Below are positions 14,269 through 24,294 of a DNA stretch of 46,964 bases, piece after piece. Made by a program: the position numbers and the translations under genes. Each line of letters starts with the position of its first letter. Within the stretch, counting starts at the first letter, position 1. The DNA lies in the IMG/VR virus record IMGVR_UViG_3300011337_000132, positions 1 through 46,964 of that record; one strand, given 5' to 3'. The notes under the pieces are model-generated. The model made no database searches and was not told where the DNA came from. It saw only the letters and a program-made list of their open reading frames with translations. The DNA is from a virus. Its lineage: Duplodnaviria; Caudoviricetes.

Positions 14269-16509
14269 ATGGCTACAGTACAGACAGGTATCGCCACCTC
14301 GTTCATCGACTTTACCCGTGCATCCAATGCGACCGTCACCGACAGCGATGGTCTGGTAAAGTGGGCTCCACATAATCTGCTGACGAACAGCGAGAACTTT
14401 GATGCGGCGAGTTGGACGAAATCCAACGCAACTATAGCCGCAAACTCCGCAGTTGCGCCAAACGGCACTACAACAGCAGATAAAGTGTACCCCACCATTA
14501 ACGGAATTGGTCGTGGCGTTAACCAGCGTGTACTAATAGATGGACCTACCAATTATTCTGTTTCTATCTATGCAAAAGCTGCCGGGAAAAACTTCATAGC
14601 GTTTACGGATTTAGCAGCGGCAGATTTTAGGGCGTGGGTAAATCTTTCTACGGGCGCGAAGACTGAAACAGCTGGATACTTTGTGACTGTTACGAGCGTA
14701 GGTAATGGTTGGTATAACTGCGTCTTCACACAGACAGCCACAGCCGCAAACCCATACGCATATGTCGTGGTTTGTGACGCAGACAGTTCTGCTGCCGTAA
14801 CTGTTAACGGCACTGACGGCGTCCACCTCTGGGGAGCCCACCTCTACCGCTCCGACCTTGGCGGCATGCAGCCGAACACCTCTGCGTACCCGATGTATAA
14901 CCCCACGACACCGAAGAATTTGCTGGGGTTCACGGAGAACTTTGAGAATGCGGCGTGGTCGAAATCCAACACCGCTGTTACGGCAAACGCAATTACTGCA
15001 CCAAACGGACTGCAAACTGCTGACCTATTTGTTCAGACTTCAGGAACAACTGGCGGGTCTATTTTCCAGAGCAGTGGGCCTACGTGGTCTTCCAACAGCA
15101 TGGTTTTGTTTAACCTTGCTACGGGAACAGTTGGCACTGTAACGGCGGGTTCGTTCACATCAACGTCAATCACTTCAGTAGGCGATGGCTGGTATCGCTG
15201 CGCTGCCGTGAAAGATGGATACACGCTCTCTTTCTATGGCAAAGCTGGCGCATGGTCTTCTGTGGCTTTGCAGACGTTCAGTTCAGAAAAAATGCGTCTC
15301 TACCCAAGCACGTCTTCTACTGCCCAGACAGGAACCGGAGACGGCACCTCTGGCATCTACCTCTGGGGAGCCCAACTCTCCGACAGCGCCAGCCTCGACC
15401 CCTACGTTCCCGTCTACGGAGCCGCTGTTACGAGTGCAGCGTATTACGGCCCGCGCAGGGATTTCGATCCGGTGACGCTGGCTTGCAAGGGGCTGCTGGT
15501 TGAGGAGCAGAGGGTCAACCTTATCCGCTACTCACGCACGCTCGAAACAACGGCCAGCTATTGGGGTGGCTTGGCATCCGGTACGGCAAACACAATCACC
15601 ATCGACAACGCACCGGGGCCGGATGGTCTTTCGACGTCTGCTTCGATGATTACCTACAACACGGCGGTGACGGGCGCAGGGACTTACAGTGCATGGCGGC
15701 ATACGCTCTCAACGACAGCCAATGGCACTTACACATTTACCATTTGGCTAAAGGCTGGCACCACCAGCAGCGTCTACCTGCGCTTTAGTGACAGCGGTGG
15801 AAATCGTGCAAACACGCTCTGCACTCTCACCTCATCGTGGCAGCGTTTTACCGTCACTGGAACAACTACGGCTTCCATTACGACTATCTCTTGCGATGTC
15901 GGTGCAGATGGCAACGCTGGTGGGCAGACGCTGACCGCTGGCACTGTGTACGCCTACGGAGCGCAGCTTGAACTGGGCAGCTTTGCGACAAGCTACGTGC
16001 CGAATGGTTCTGCCGTTGCAGGAGCCACCCGCAACGCTGACGTTGCCAGCGTCAGCACGCAAGCGTTTCCGTATAGTGCGACTGAGGGGACGTTGGTGGC
16101 GAATGTATCAACATTTGACACTTCGTCTAATCTTCCAACTCATATCAATCTGAGCGATGGAACGACAAGTAACTACATAAGGATGAACGCGCAGCCAACA
16201 TCGTACAAACTGCGGAACTACGTTCGCGCTGGTGGGGCTGATGTGGTCAATTCGACAATAGGCGGAGTAACTGTTGTGAACGATCCGTTCAAAGCGGGTG
16301 TTTACTACAAGACAAACTCGTTCAACAGCAGTGTTAATGGTGCGATTTCTACAGAGGTGACAACTGGTGCTGTACCCTCTGCCGCAACAACATTGTCACT
16401 TGGTAATTGGTTTGTATCTGCTGGTACGTTCTTGAACGGCCACATCCGCCAGATCACCTACCTCCCGCGCCGCATCAGCAACGCCGAACTCCAGACGAGG
16501 ACAACCTAA
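14269..16509 (+). CDS. Tail fibre / receptor-binding protein with repeated carbohydrate-binding-like modules
   Basis: FTRASNAT, three NL(L/I)...(W/Y)GAxL modules, GLLVEEQRVN, ATSY..ATRNAD. Confidence 0.8.
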   Translation: MATVQTGIATSFIDFTRASNATVTDSDGLVKWAPHNLLTNSENFDAASWTKSNATIAANSAVAPNGTTTADKVYPTINGIGRGVNQRVLIDGPTNYSVSIYAKAAGKNFIAFTDLAAADFRAWVNLSTGAKTETAGYFVTVTSVGNGWYNCVFTQTATAANPYAYVVVCDADSSAAVTVNGTDGVHLWGAHLYRSDLGGMQPNTSAYPMYNPTTPKNLLGFTENFENAAWSKSNTAVTANAITAPNGLQTADLFVQTSGTTGGSIFQSSGPTWSSNSMVLFNLATGTVGTVTAGSFTSTSITSVGDGWYRCAAVKDGYTLSFYGKAGAWSSVALQTFSSEKMRLYPSTSSTAQTGTGDGTSGIYLWGAQLSDSASLDPYVPVYGAAVTSAAYYGPRRDFDPVTLACKGLLVEEQRVNLIRYSRTLETTASYWGGLASGTANTITIDNAPGPDGLSTSASMITYNTAVTGAGTYSAWRHTLSTTANGTYTFTIWLKAGTTSSVYLRFSDSGGNRANTLCTLTSSWQRFTVTGTTTASITTISCDVGADGNAGGQTLTAGTVYAYGAQLELGSFATSYVPNGSAVAGATRNADVASVSTQAFPYSATEGTLVANVSTFDTSSNLPTHINLSDGTTSNYIRMNAQPTSYKLRNYVRAGGADVVNSTIGGVTVVNDPFKAGVYYKTNSFNSSVNGAISTEVTTGAVPSAATTLSLGNWFVSAGTFLNGHIRQITYLPRRISNAELQTRTT

Positions 16510-16988
16510 TGACAATCGAAATCTTCGCATGGTGTTCCTCCCGCGAACTCTTCGTCACGGGCATGACCACAACGGCACTGCCTGACGGCTCAATGCTGGC
16601 AACCGTCGATGAGCAGGGCAGGCTCATCCCGCATGAGGGCGTCATCATCGACGAGATCGGCCCGGTGACGAAGGTGCCTGCAAAGGAGGATACTCCCGCA
16701 GTCATCATCGCTGGGCATCACGTCAACCTAATGGCAACTGGCGCTATCGCTAGCATGCTTATGATGGGACCGCCTGATGCTGAAGGTAACCCGACCACGC
16801 TGCCGCAGTACGATGACGAGGGGAAACTTCTGTCGGTCTTCCAGCGCACCAACATCCTGTCGCTCATTCCCGGCATGGTGTGGACTGCTATTCCCAGTCC
16901 CGGTGTTCCCGGTGGGTATGAGGGTCCGAATGGCGTGTGCCTCTTTGATCCGGGTGCCGTTCACAATAGAGCAAGAGTCTTTCTGTAA
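16509..16988 (+). CDS. Fibre-associated hypothetical protein
   Basis: TAATG coupling, GAGG SD; same GC-rich style as the fibre gene. Confidence 0.7.
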   Translation: MTIEIFAWCSSRELFVTGMTTTALPDGSMLATVDEQGRLIPHEGVIIDEIGPVTKVPAKEDTPAVIIAGHHVNLMATGAIASMLMMGPPDAEGNPTTLPQYDDEGKLLSVFQRTNILSLIPGMVWTAIPSPGVPGGYEGPNGVCLFDPGAVHNRARVFL

Positions 16989-17281
16989 TGGCTAAGAAAC
17001 CTAATATCAGTACAGTCAGTACAGGTTATCAGGCAACTGAAACTATTAATGATAACTTTAATAATCTTAGGAATGGGTTTGAGAATACTCTTTCTTTAGA
17101 TGGATCTACTCCGAATGCAATGAATGCAGACCTAGACATGAATGGTAATTCAATCATGAATGCTGATGGTCTGTACGTTAACGGTGTAGATATCTTTTCA
17201 ATATATAATAGAGTCACGATTAGTACAGACTCTCCGTCTGGTGGTATAAACGGGGATATCTGGTTTAAGGTTTCTTCTTAG
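16988..17281 (+). CDS. Short tail-fibre adaptor-like protein
   Basis: INDNF...NTLSLDG.TPNAMNADLDMNGN.I.N; C-terminal PSGGINGDIWFK. Confidence 0.65.
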   Translation: MAKKPNISTVSTGYQATETINDNFNNLRNGFENTLSLDGSTPNAMNADLDMNGNSIMNADGLYVNGVDIFSIYNRVTISTDSPSGGINGDIWFKVSS

Positions 17282-17293
17282 GGGTAAAACGGA

Positions 17294-17686
17294 ATGGCTG
17301 CTCTATCAAACTACGCTGAGAAGCTTCTTCTAGACTGGCTTGTAACAACGGGGAGTGCTACTCGCCCGACAGTTTGGTATGTTGCCCTTTATACCGCTGC
17401 ACCGTCTGACTCAGGTGGTGGTACGGAAGTCTCTGGGTTTAACTACTCAAGGAAGACTATCACCTTTGCTGCTGCTACTTCTCCTGATGGTTTTACAAGT
17501 AATACAAACTCTCTCTTGTTTACTGCTATCGGTGGTGCTTGGGGTACGGTAACACACCTTGGAATCTTCGATGCTGTAACCTCTGGTAATCTCCTGTGGC
17601 ATGGAGCATTAACGGCTGGTAAGACTATCTCTGATGGGGATTCTCTTGAGTTTCTCGCTGGGGATATTGGCCTAGCACTCGCTTAA
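17294..17686 (+). CDS. Tail-associated structural protein
   Basis: SNYAE..LLD...YVALYTAAP...GTEVSG..Y.R...GTVTH.GIFDA.T.GNLL. Confidence 0.75.
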   Translation: MAALSNYAEKLLLDWLVTTGSATRPTVWYVALYTAAPSDSGGGTEVSGFNYSRKTITFAAATSPDGFTSNTNSLLFTAIGGAWGTVTHLGIFDAVTSGNLLWHGALTAGKTISDGDSLEFLAGDIGLALA

Positions 17687-17691
17687 TTAGT

Positions 17692-18177
17692 ATGCCTGAG
17701 TTTCGTATAACAGAACTCGGTGACTTCAGAATTACTGAGGGTAGTGATTCTAGAATCCTTGAGAAGTTTGGACCTACGCTGACTGGTGTCGGTTCTTTCA
17801 GTAATTATACAAGCTTCAATCTTAATTTCCTCTCTGACTATTATTTAATAACAGATAATACAGGAAACATAAATAGTAGGGTAACGTATAAAGCTAAGTT
17901 TGAAGCTATCTCTATTCCTGCTGATAGAGTTACAGAGGCTGGTGATACAAGAGTTACTGAGGATGGTTTAATAAGATCTACAGAAGCGTTTAGTTCTAAT
18001 TCTGGTAGTTCTTCCATTTCTGCATCTGGTAATAAGATTGTATTCGACTCCGAACTTTATGTAAAATATCTAACTAACTGGAAGATTGGTACACCGTATA
18101 TTAATTACCAGAATAACTGGATTCTACCAATAGCGATATATAAGTATGTAGACAATAATTGGGTGAGGGTTAACTAA
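17692..18177 (+). CDS. Tail-associated protein with RITE.GD.RITE repeats
   Basis: Two R(I/V)TExGDxR(I/V)TE blocks. Confidence 0.7.
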   Translation: MPEFRITELGDFRITEGSDSRILEKFGPTLTGVGSFSNYTSFNLNFLSDYYLITDNTGNINSRVTYKAKFEAISIPADRVTEAGDTRVTEDGLIRSTEAFSSNSGSSSISASGNKIVFDSELYVKYLTNWKIGTPYINYQNNWILPIAIYKYVDNNWVRVN

Positions 18178-18179
18178 GA

Positions 18180-19142
18180 ATGGCTAACATTAAAATCTCA
18201 GATCTAACAGCGGCTGCATCTGTTTCTGGGACACAGCAGTTTGAGGTTAACGAAGCGGGTACCAGTAAGAAGGTTACCGGAGCACAGATTGCAACGTATG
18301 TCGAAGGTGAGATCTCTTCGTCTCCATCCTTTACTGGTCAGGCTTCAGTCGCTGCTGGTACTGCTGCTCTACCTTCTATTACGGTTACTGGTGATACGAA
18401 TACGGGTATCTACTTTCCGGCAGCGGATACCGTAGGTATTAGTACTGGTGGTACTCTGAGAGTCTCTGTTGATCCTGCTGGTAGCCTTGTTACTGCTGGT
18501 AACATTGAACTTGGTAACGCTTCTGATACGACTATCTCAAGAGTCTCTGCTGGTGTCATCGCTATTGAAGGACAGGTTCTAGCAACTCAAAATTATGTTC
18601 TATCTAATACACCCGCTGGTTCTCTTATGCCTTTTGCTGGTACGACTGAACCTTCTGGCTGGTTCTTCTGTGAAGGGCGCAGTCTTTCAACTACGACTTA
18701 TGCTACGCTCTTTGCTGCTATTGGTTACACCTACGGCGGCAGCGGAGCAAACTTCAATATTCCAGATCTCCGTGGTCGCGTCATTGCGGGTCAGGATGAT
18801 ATGGGTGGGACATCCGCTAATCGCCTGACGGGACTCTCCGGTGGCGTCAATGGTGACACTCTGGGTGGAACGGGTGGCACTGAGGCCCATACCCTGTTGA
18901 CTGCTGAGACACCAGCGCACCAGCATTTTGTAGCCAACAACAACACTGGCACCGCAGCTCTTAATTCTACGAATTATCTGAATGATTCTGCTGTATACGG
19001 CAGTCCCAATCAGGAATCAAAGTACACTCTGGCAGGGTCTGCAAACGTAGCTATTAATGGTTTGTCCAGTTCTACCGGAGGCGGTGGCGCGCACAATAAC
19101 GTACAACCCACGATAATCCTTAATTACATCATTAAGGTTTAA
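18180..19142 (+). CDS. Tail fibre with tail-collar domain
   Basis: MANIKISDL; PAG.LMPFAG...PSGW..C.G...Y..LF..IG..YG...FNIPDLRGR; HNNVQP.I.LNYIIK. Confidence 0.9.
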   Translation: MANIKISDLTAAASVSGTQQFEVNEAGTSKKVTGAQIATYVEGEISSSPSFTGQASVAAGTAALPSITVTGDTNTGIYFPAADTVGISTGGTLRVSVDPAGSLVTAGNIELGNASDTTISRVSAGVIAIEGQVLATQNYVLSNTPAGSLMPFAGTTEPSGWFFCEGRSLSTTTYATLFAAIGYTYGGSGANFNIPDLRGRVIAGQDDMGGTSANRLTGLSGGVNGDTLGGTGGTEAHTLLTAETPAHQHFVANNNTGTAALNSTNYLNDSAVYGSPNQESKYTLAGSANVAINGLSSSTGGGGAHNNVQPTIILNYIIKV

Positions 19143-19145
19143 TCT

Positions 19146-19418
19146 GTGGAACAGTGGCAGATTGAGGTAGCGGAAAGGTTGGCTAGGATTGAAGCTAATC
19201 AAGAATACATGAAGGATGGTATTAAAAGTCTGCCTCAGTCTGAGCAGTGTCTTAAAGACATCTCTGAATTACAGGATGAAGTTGAAGAGCTTCAGGCATT
19301 TCAGACAGCTATTAAAGAGAAGATTGCTTATATTGGTGGGGTAATTGTTATTATTGGTATGGCTATTCCGTATGCCTTTCAATGGATAGCTTCGCATATT
19401 CACTGGAGAACACCGTAA
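19146..19418 (+). CDS. Coiled-coil + C-terminal TM protein (lysis module, holin-like)
   Basis: ERLARIE coiled coil; hydrophobic IAYIGGVIVIIGMAIPY. Confidence 0.65.
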   Translation: MEQWQIEVAERLARIEANQEYMKDGIKSLPQSEQCLKDISELQDEVEELQAFQTAIKEKIAYIGGVIVIIGMAIPYAFQWIASHIHWRTP

Positions 19419-19831
19419 TGGATATCAACGCTTCATCTGAAGCAAAGCTTAAAAGAGTCCACCCGGATCTAGTCAAGGTAGTTCGGCGTACTGCCAAGCT
19501 AATTACTAACGTAAGTAAAGATAAGTCTTTTGGATTTGTCATTACCTGTGGTGCTAGAACTCTAGAAGAACAGAAGAAGTTGCTTAAGGCTGGTGCTACG
19601 ACTACGCTTAACTCTCGCCATATTCCCGGTAAGGATGGTACTAGTAAGGCTGTAGACTTTGCTGTTACACTAAACGGTAAGATTAAGTGGGACTGGCCGT
19701 TGTATGCAAAGCTTGCCGCTATCGTAAAGGAAGCTGCCAAGCTAGAAAATATTCCTATTACTTGGGGTGGAGACTGGAAGTCTTTTAAAGATGGTCCTCA
19801 CTTTGAACTGCCTAGAAATAAGTATCCATAA
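19418..19831 (+). CDS. Endolysin, M15 L-Ala-D-Glu peptidase type
   Basis: G.RT.EEQ..L...SRH...AVD...WGGDW..FKDGPHFEL; TAATG start. Confidence 0.92.
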   Translation: MDINASSEAKLKRVHPDLVKVVRRTAKLITNVSKDKSFGFVITCGARTLEEQKKLLKAGATTTLNSRHIPGKDGTSKAVDFAVTLNGKIKWDWPLYAKLAAIVKEAAKLENIPITWGGDWKSFKDGPHFELPRNKYP

Positions 19832-19845
19832 TTAAGGAGATTAAT

Positions 19846-20022
19846 ATGTTTTCATCGATGGATAAGGCCCTTGTTGCACTAATCATGTCGGTCATCTTCC
19901 TGCTTAACTTCTTCTTTGGTATCAACCTTGGAGTTGTTAGTCAGGATACTGTTGCTACGATTGTCAGTCTTCTGACTCCTATCCTTGTCTGGGCTATTCC
20001 GAATAAGCCTAAGCCTGTCTAA
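19846..20022 (+). CDS. Probable holin (58 aa, two TM segments)
   Basis: Manual translation MFSSMDKALVALIMSVIFLLNFFFG...ATIVSLLTPILVWAIPNK; AAGGAG SD. Confidence 0.75.
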   Translation: MFSSMDKALVALIMSVIFLLNFFFGINLGVVSQDTVATIVSLLTPILVWAIPNKPKPV

Positions 20023-20261
20023 TGTCTTGGCAGGAGATCCTTGCTATAGCCTGTATCGTAATCGGGCTTATAGCTGGTGGTTATCTTGCTGCACAAAGAC
20101 CAGCCTTCTGGGTTGAGTTCTTCACTAGAATATTAATTAGTTTTCTACCGTTTGCCATGAAGTACATCTCTAAAAGAATGACTCCAGAAGAAGAGGAAGC
20201 TTATAGAAATTGTGTTCGTCGTGGTGGTGAGTGGGATCATTTCAGGAAAAGATGTAAATAG
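20022..20261 (+). CDS. Membrane protein in lysis cassette
   Basis: N-terminal TM; TAATG coupling. Confidence 0.7.
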   Translation: MSWQEILAIACIVIGLIAGGYLAAQRPAFWVEFFTRILISFLPFAMKYISKRMTPEEEEAYRNCVRRGGEWDHFRKRCK

Positions 20262-20262
20262 T

Positions 20263-20760
20263 ATGGCTGCATTCCAGACAAAAGGTTTGTTCTACGAGAC
20301 TACACTCCCGGATGAAAGACCAATCTTCGGGACATCTTGGACATTGAAAGAAGACGATCACCGTGCTGATGGTACTATCTATAAAAGCATGAAGAAGGTT
20401 TACATTCAGATGGAGGATGTAACTGAGTATGACTTTGCTATGGCTACACTTGGTTCCTTTAAACACTGGGAAAGAGTCCTAGAGTCTCCTTCTATCCGGA
20501 AGCATGTAGACCAGTGGAGGAAGGAACTTAACCTCAAGCTTAAGGCTAGGGCTATGCGCTCGATTATTAAGGCTGCTACTGAGGATGAGAAGCTTTCTTT
20601 CCAAGCTATGAAGTACCTCGCTGATAACGAGTATCTAGACAAGCAAGGTAAGCGTGGTAGGCCCAGCAAAGATGAGATCAATGCTGAACTTCGTAGAGAA
20701 GTAGAAAGTAGTAAGAACTTCAAGGATGACGCTGAGAGAATTGGTCTGAAGCTTCAGTAA
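20263..20760 (+). CDS. Probable terminase small subunit
   Basis: Directly upstream of TerL, TAATG coupled; LFYE...TEY.FA...W.KEL; KRGRPSK. Confidence 0.7.
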   Translation: MAAFQTKGLFYETTLPDERPIFGTSWTLKEDDHRADGTIYKSMKKVYIQMEDVTEYDFAMATLGSFKHWERVLESPSIRKHVDQWRKELNLKLKARAMRSIIKAATEDEKLSFQAMKYLADNEYLDKQGKRGRPSKDEINAELRREVESSKNFKDDAERIGLKLQ

Positions 20761-22301
20761 TGGCAAACCTTGATGACATCAGAGAAGCTGCTGAACAGGA
20801 TCTAATTACTTTTATTAGACTTGTTGCACCGCAGCGTGTCCTTGGATCTGTCCATGAAGAACTCTGCCGTTGGTGGAACCGTGAGGATGCTAAGACCCAT
20901 CAGCTTACTCTTCTTCCTAGAGATCATGGTAAGTCTGCACTAGTAGCCTACCGTGTAGCTTGGGAATTAACCCGAGATCCTACCTTGAGGGTGCTGTATA
21001 TCTCTGCTACCTCTAACCTAGCACAGAAGCAGCTATCATTTATCAAGGCTATCTTTACTTCGGATATTCATAGGCGGTACTGGCCTGATTATGTCCACTA
21101 TGACGAAGGTAAAAGAGAGAAGTGGACTATGACTGAGATCAGTCTTGACCATCCTAAGAGAAAAGCTGAGTCAGTCCGTGATCCCAGCATCTTTACTGGT
21201 GGTCTTACGACCTCACTTACTGGTTTGCACTGTGATATTGCTGTTTTGGATGACGTTGTAGTCTATGAGAATGCGTATACCCAAGAAGGTAGAGACAAAG
21301 TTAAGTCTCAGTATTCTCTTTTGTCTTCTATTGAGGGCGCTAATGCTAGAGAATGGGTGGTGGGTACCCGGTACCACCCCAAGGATCTATACTCAGAACT
21401 CCTCAGCATGGAGGAAGACATCTACAATAGTTCCGGTGAGATCATAGCAGCAGAACCTATCTATGAAACCTTCGAAAGGGCTGTAGAAAATACTGGTGAT
21501 GGTACTGGAGAGTTCCTTTGGCCCCGTCAGGTAAGGCATGATGGTAAAGCATTCGGCTTTGACATCCAGATTCTAGCTAAGAAGAGGGCTCAGTACTTAG
21601 ATAAGACCCAGTTTAGATCTCAGTACTATAATGATCCCAATGATCCTGACAATCGTCCTATTGACTATGATAAATTTCAGTATTTCCAAAAAGAACACTT
21701 GACAAATACACATGGTTCATGGTATTATAGGGATCGAAAGTTAAATGTTTTCGCGGCAGTTGACTTTGCTTATAGTCTTAGACGCAAGGCAGACTATACT
21801 GCAATTGTAGTTATTGGCGTGGACTTTGAAAACAATGTTTATGTTCTTGATATTGACCGATTCAGAACAGATAAGATTTCTGAGTACTTTAGCCACATCC
21901 TTGAACTCCTTAATCGGTGGGACTTCAAGAAACTCAGGGCAGAAGTAACAGCGGCTCAGGCTGCTATTGTCCAAGAGTTAAAGGATAGTTATATTCGTCC
22001 TCATGGGCTTATGCTGAAGATTGAGGAGCATAAACCTACGAGACACTCTGGTTCTAAGGAAGAGCGTATGGCTGCGGTCCTTGAACCAAGGTACGACAAT
22101 CTTAGTATCTACCATTATAAAGGTGGTAACTGTCAGCTTCTTGAAGAGGAACTCGTCAGCAATAACCCACCACATGATGACATTAAAGATGCTCTTGCTT
22201 CCTGTATTGAGATTGCGGTTCGCCCGTCTTCTAATATGCATAAGAGAACATCGAATAATAACATAGTTTATTCTGAACGATTTGGCGGGGTTTCGCACTA
22301 A
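20760..22301 (+). CDS. terL: Terminase large subunit
   Basis: PRDHGKS Walker A, VLDD Walker B, VGTRY, nuclease D..A..ADYTA, HDDIKDA. Confidence 0.95.
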   Translation: MANLDDIREAAEQDLITFIRLVAPQRVLGSVHEELCRWWNREDAKTHQLTLLPRDHGKSALVAYRVAWELTRDPTLRVLYISATSNLAQKQLSFIKAIFTSDIHRRYWPDYVHYDEGKREKWTMTEISLDHPKRKAESVRDPSIFTGGLTTSLTGLHCDIAVLDDVVVYENAYTQEGRDKVKSQYSLLSSIEGANAREWVVGTRYHPKDLYSELLSMEEDIYNSSGEIIAAEPIYETFERAVENTGDGTGEFLWPRQVRHDGKAFGFDIQILAKKRAQYLDKTQFRSQYYNDPNDPDNRPIDYDKFQYFQKEHLTNTHGSWYYRDRKLNVFAAVDFAYSLRRKADYTAIVVIGVDFENNVYVLDIDRFRTDKISEYFSHILELLNRWDFKKLRAEVTAAQAAIVQELKDSYIRPHGLMLKIEEHKPTRHSGSKEERMAAVLEPRYDNLSIYHYKGGNCQLLEEELVSNNPPHDDIKDALASCIEIAVRPSSNMHKRTSNNNIVYSERFGGVSH

Positions 22302-24049
22302 TGGTTGGTACAACTCTAGACATGAAGCTGATTATCAGCCCCGACAGCGTTGCTACGGAGATCTCTGATAAGTGGCGTCTCTGGAACCAGCAGAGAGTTG
22401 GTAAGCTTGAAGAGTGGAAGGAACTTAGAAACTATCTCTTTGCTACGGATACAAGATCGACTAGCAATAGTTCTCTCCCTTGGAAGAATAGCACGACAGT
22501 CCCTAAGCTGACACAGATTAGAGATAACCTCCACGCTAATTACATGGCTACACTCTTCCCTCAGAATAAGTGGATGAAGTGGATGGCTTCGGATAAGACC
22601 AGCAACGCTAAGATCAAGCGTGAGACTATCCAAGCTTATATGGAGAATAAGGTCCAGCAGTCTGACTTTGAGATTGTTATGTCTAAGCTGGTCCTCGACT
22701 ATATCGACTATGGTAATTGCTTTGCTACAGTAGACTGGGAAGCTAATTATACTGAGCTTGAGAACAAGGAGATTATTCCGGGGTACATTGGCCCTAGAGT
22801 AGTCAGAATCTCTCCGTATGACATCGTATTCAACCCTGTTGCTGCTGATTTCAAGGCTACACCAAAGATTATTCGTTCTGTTCTTTCGATGGGTGAAGCC
22901 AGAAGAATGATCGAAGAAGATCCTAATAAAGAGTACATGAAGAAAGTCTTCGACAGAATGATTGGCGTTAGGAATGCCATTCAGGGTTACTCTGATTCCG
23001 ATCTCCATAAGAATGATGGCTTTGTTGTCGATGGCTTTGGCTCGATTAGAGAGTATTATAACTCCGACTACGTTGAGATCCTGACATTCTACGGGGATAT
23101 CTACGATAAACTTACGGATACTCTTATGAAGAATCGTATCATTAAGGTTGTTGATAGGTCGTATGTCCTCTCTGATATGGCTAACCCCTCTTGGCTGGGT
23201 AAGTCTCCTATCTACCATGTTGGCTGGAGAGAGCGTCCTGATAACCTGTACGCTATGGGTCCATTGGATAACCTCGTTGGTCTTCAGTACAGAATGGATC
23301 ATCTTGAGAATCTTAGAGCGGATGTCTTCGACCAGATTGCTTTCCCTGTTCTGAAGATTAAGGGTGATGTCGAAGACTTTGACTTCCAGCCGGGAACAAG
23401 AATCTACCTTGGTGATGAAGGTGATGTCGGCTACCTTGCTCCTGATCCGACAGCACTGAATGCGGATAACCAGATTGCTGTTCTTGAGAACAAGATGGAG
23501 CAGCTTGCTGGTGCACCTAGAGAAGCTATGGGTATTAGAACTCCGGGTGAGAAGACAGCATTCGAAGTTAGTTCTCTCCAGAATGCAGCCTCGCGTATCT
23601 TCCAGAATAAGACTCAGCACTTTGAGCGTATCTTTGTAGAGCCTATCCTGAACGCTATGCTTGAGGCTTCTAGAAGAAACATGGATGCCTCTGATGTTAT
23701 CCGTGTTATGGATGATGAACTTTCTGTCTCAATCTTTCAGACGATTACGAAGGAAGATATTACAGCAAACGGTAAGATCATTCCGATGGGTGCTAGGCAC
23801 TTTGCTGAGAGAGCCCAGAGAGTACAGAATCTATCCCAGCTTTGGCAGCTTAAGGCTGCTGACCCATCTGTTGCAGCCCACCTCAGTGGTAAGGAGTTTG
23901 CTAGGATCATGGCTGAGGAACTTGGTGAGAAGAGCCTCTTTGCTTCTAATATCTCTATCTATGAGAACTATGAAACTCAGAAGGTTGCACAGGAAGTCCA
24001 GCTTATTGCTGACGAGGAGAATGCAATCGCTGTGGATGAGGGTATCTAG
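22301..24049 (+). CDS. Portal protein
   Basis: 582 aa after TerL; podoviral portal-like GIRTPGEKTAFEV. Confidence 0.9.
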   Translation: MVGTTLDMKLIISPDSVATEISDKWRLWNQQRVGKLEEWKELRNYLFATDTRSTSNSSLPWKNSTTVPKLTQIRDNLHANYMATLFPQNKWMKWMASDKTSNAKIKRETIQAYMENKVQQSDFEIVMSKLVLDYIDYGNCFATVDWEANYTELENKEIIPGYIGPRVVRISPYDIVFNPVAADFKATPKIIRSVLSMGEARRMIEEDPNKEYMKKVFDRMIGVRNAIQGYSDSDLHKNDGFVVDGFGSIREYYNSDYVEILTFYGDIYDKLTDTLMKNRIIKVVDRSYVLSDMANPSWLGKSPIYHVGWRERPDNLYAMGPLDNLVGLQYRMDHLENLRADVFDQIAFPVLKIKGDVEDFDFQPGTRIYLGDEGDVGYLAPDPTALNADNQIAVLENKMEQLAGAPREAMGIRTPGEKTAFEVSSLQNAASRIFQNKTQHFERIFVEPILNAMLEASRRNMDASDVIRVMDDELSVSIFQTITKEDITANGKIIPMGARHFAERAQRVQNLSQLWQLKAADPSVAAHLSGKEFARIMAEELGEKSLFASNISIYENYETQKVAQEVQLIADEENAIAVDEGI

Positions 24050-24294
24050 TGAAGACTATCTGGTTTATGGACCTTCCTAAAGACGAACAGGATGGTTTTA
24101 AAAGAGAAGTCAAGTCTGCTAAGAATGTACTAGATAAGCTTGAGCAGATCGTTCAGAACAGAATTAAACAGATTGTAATTGCTGATGATTACGATAGTCC
24201 TAGTTGGGCTTATAAGCAAGCAGACCGTAATGGTTACAACAGGGCTTTAACAGAAATTATAAACATCTTACACCTAGACCAAGAGGTAAAATAA
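24049..24294 (+). CDS. Conserved small protein after portal
   Basis: DYDSPSWAYKQADRNGY. Confidence 0.8.
   Translation: MKTIWFMDLPKDEQDGFKREVKSAKNVLDKLEQIVQNRIKQIVIADDYDSPSWAYKQADRNGYNRALTEIINILHLDQEVK

Noticed and set aside
14269-19142. Diversity-generating retroelement or invertible system acting on fibres
   Set aside because: No reverse transcriptase, recombinase or near-identical template/variable repeat seen.
22316-23620. 434 aa antisense ORF opposite the portal gene
   Set aside because: In codon register with the portal; explained by scarcity of TTA/CTA/TCA codons on the sense strand; no motifs or SD.
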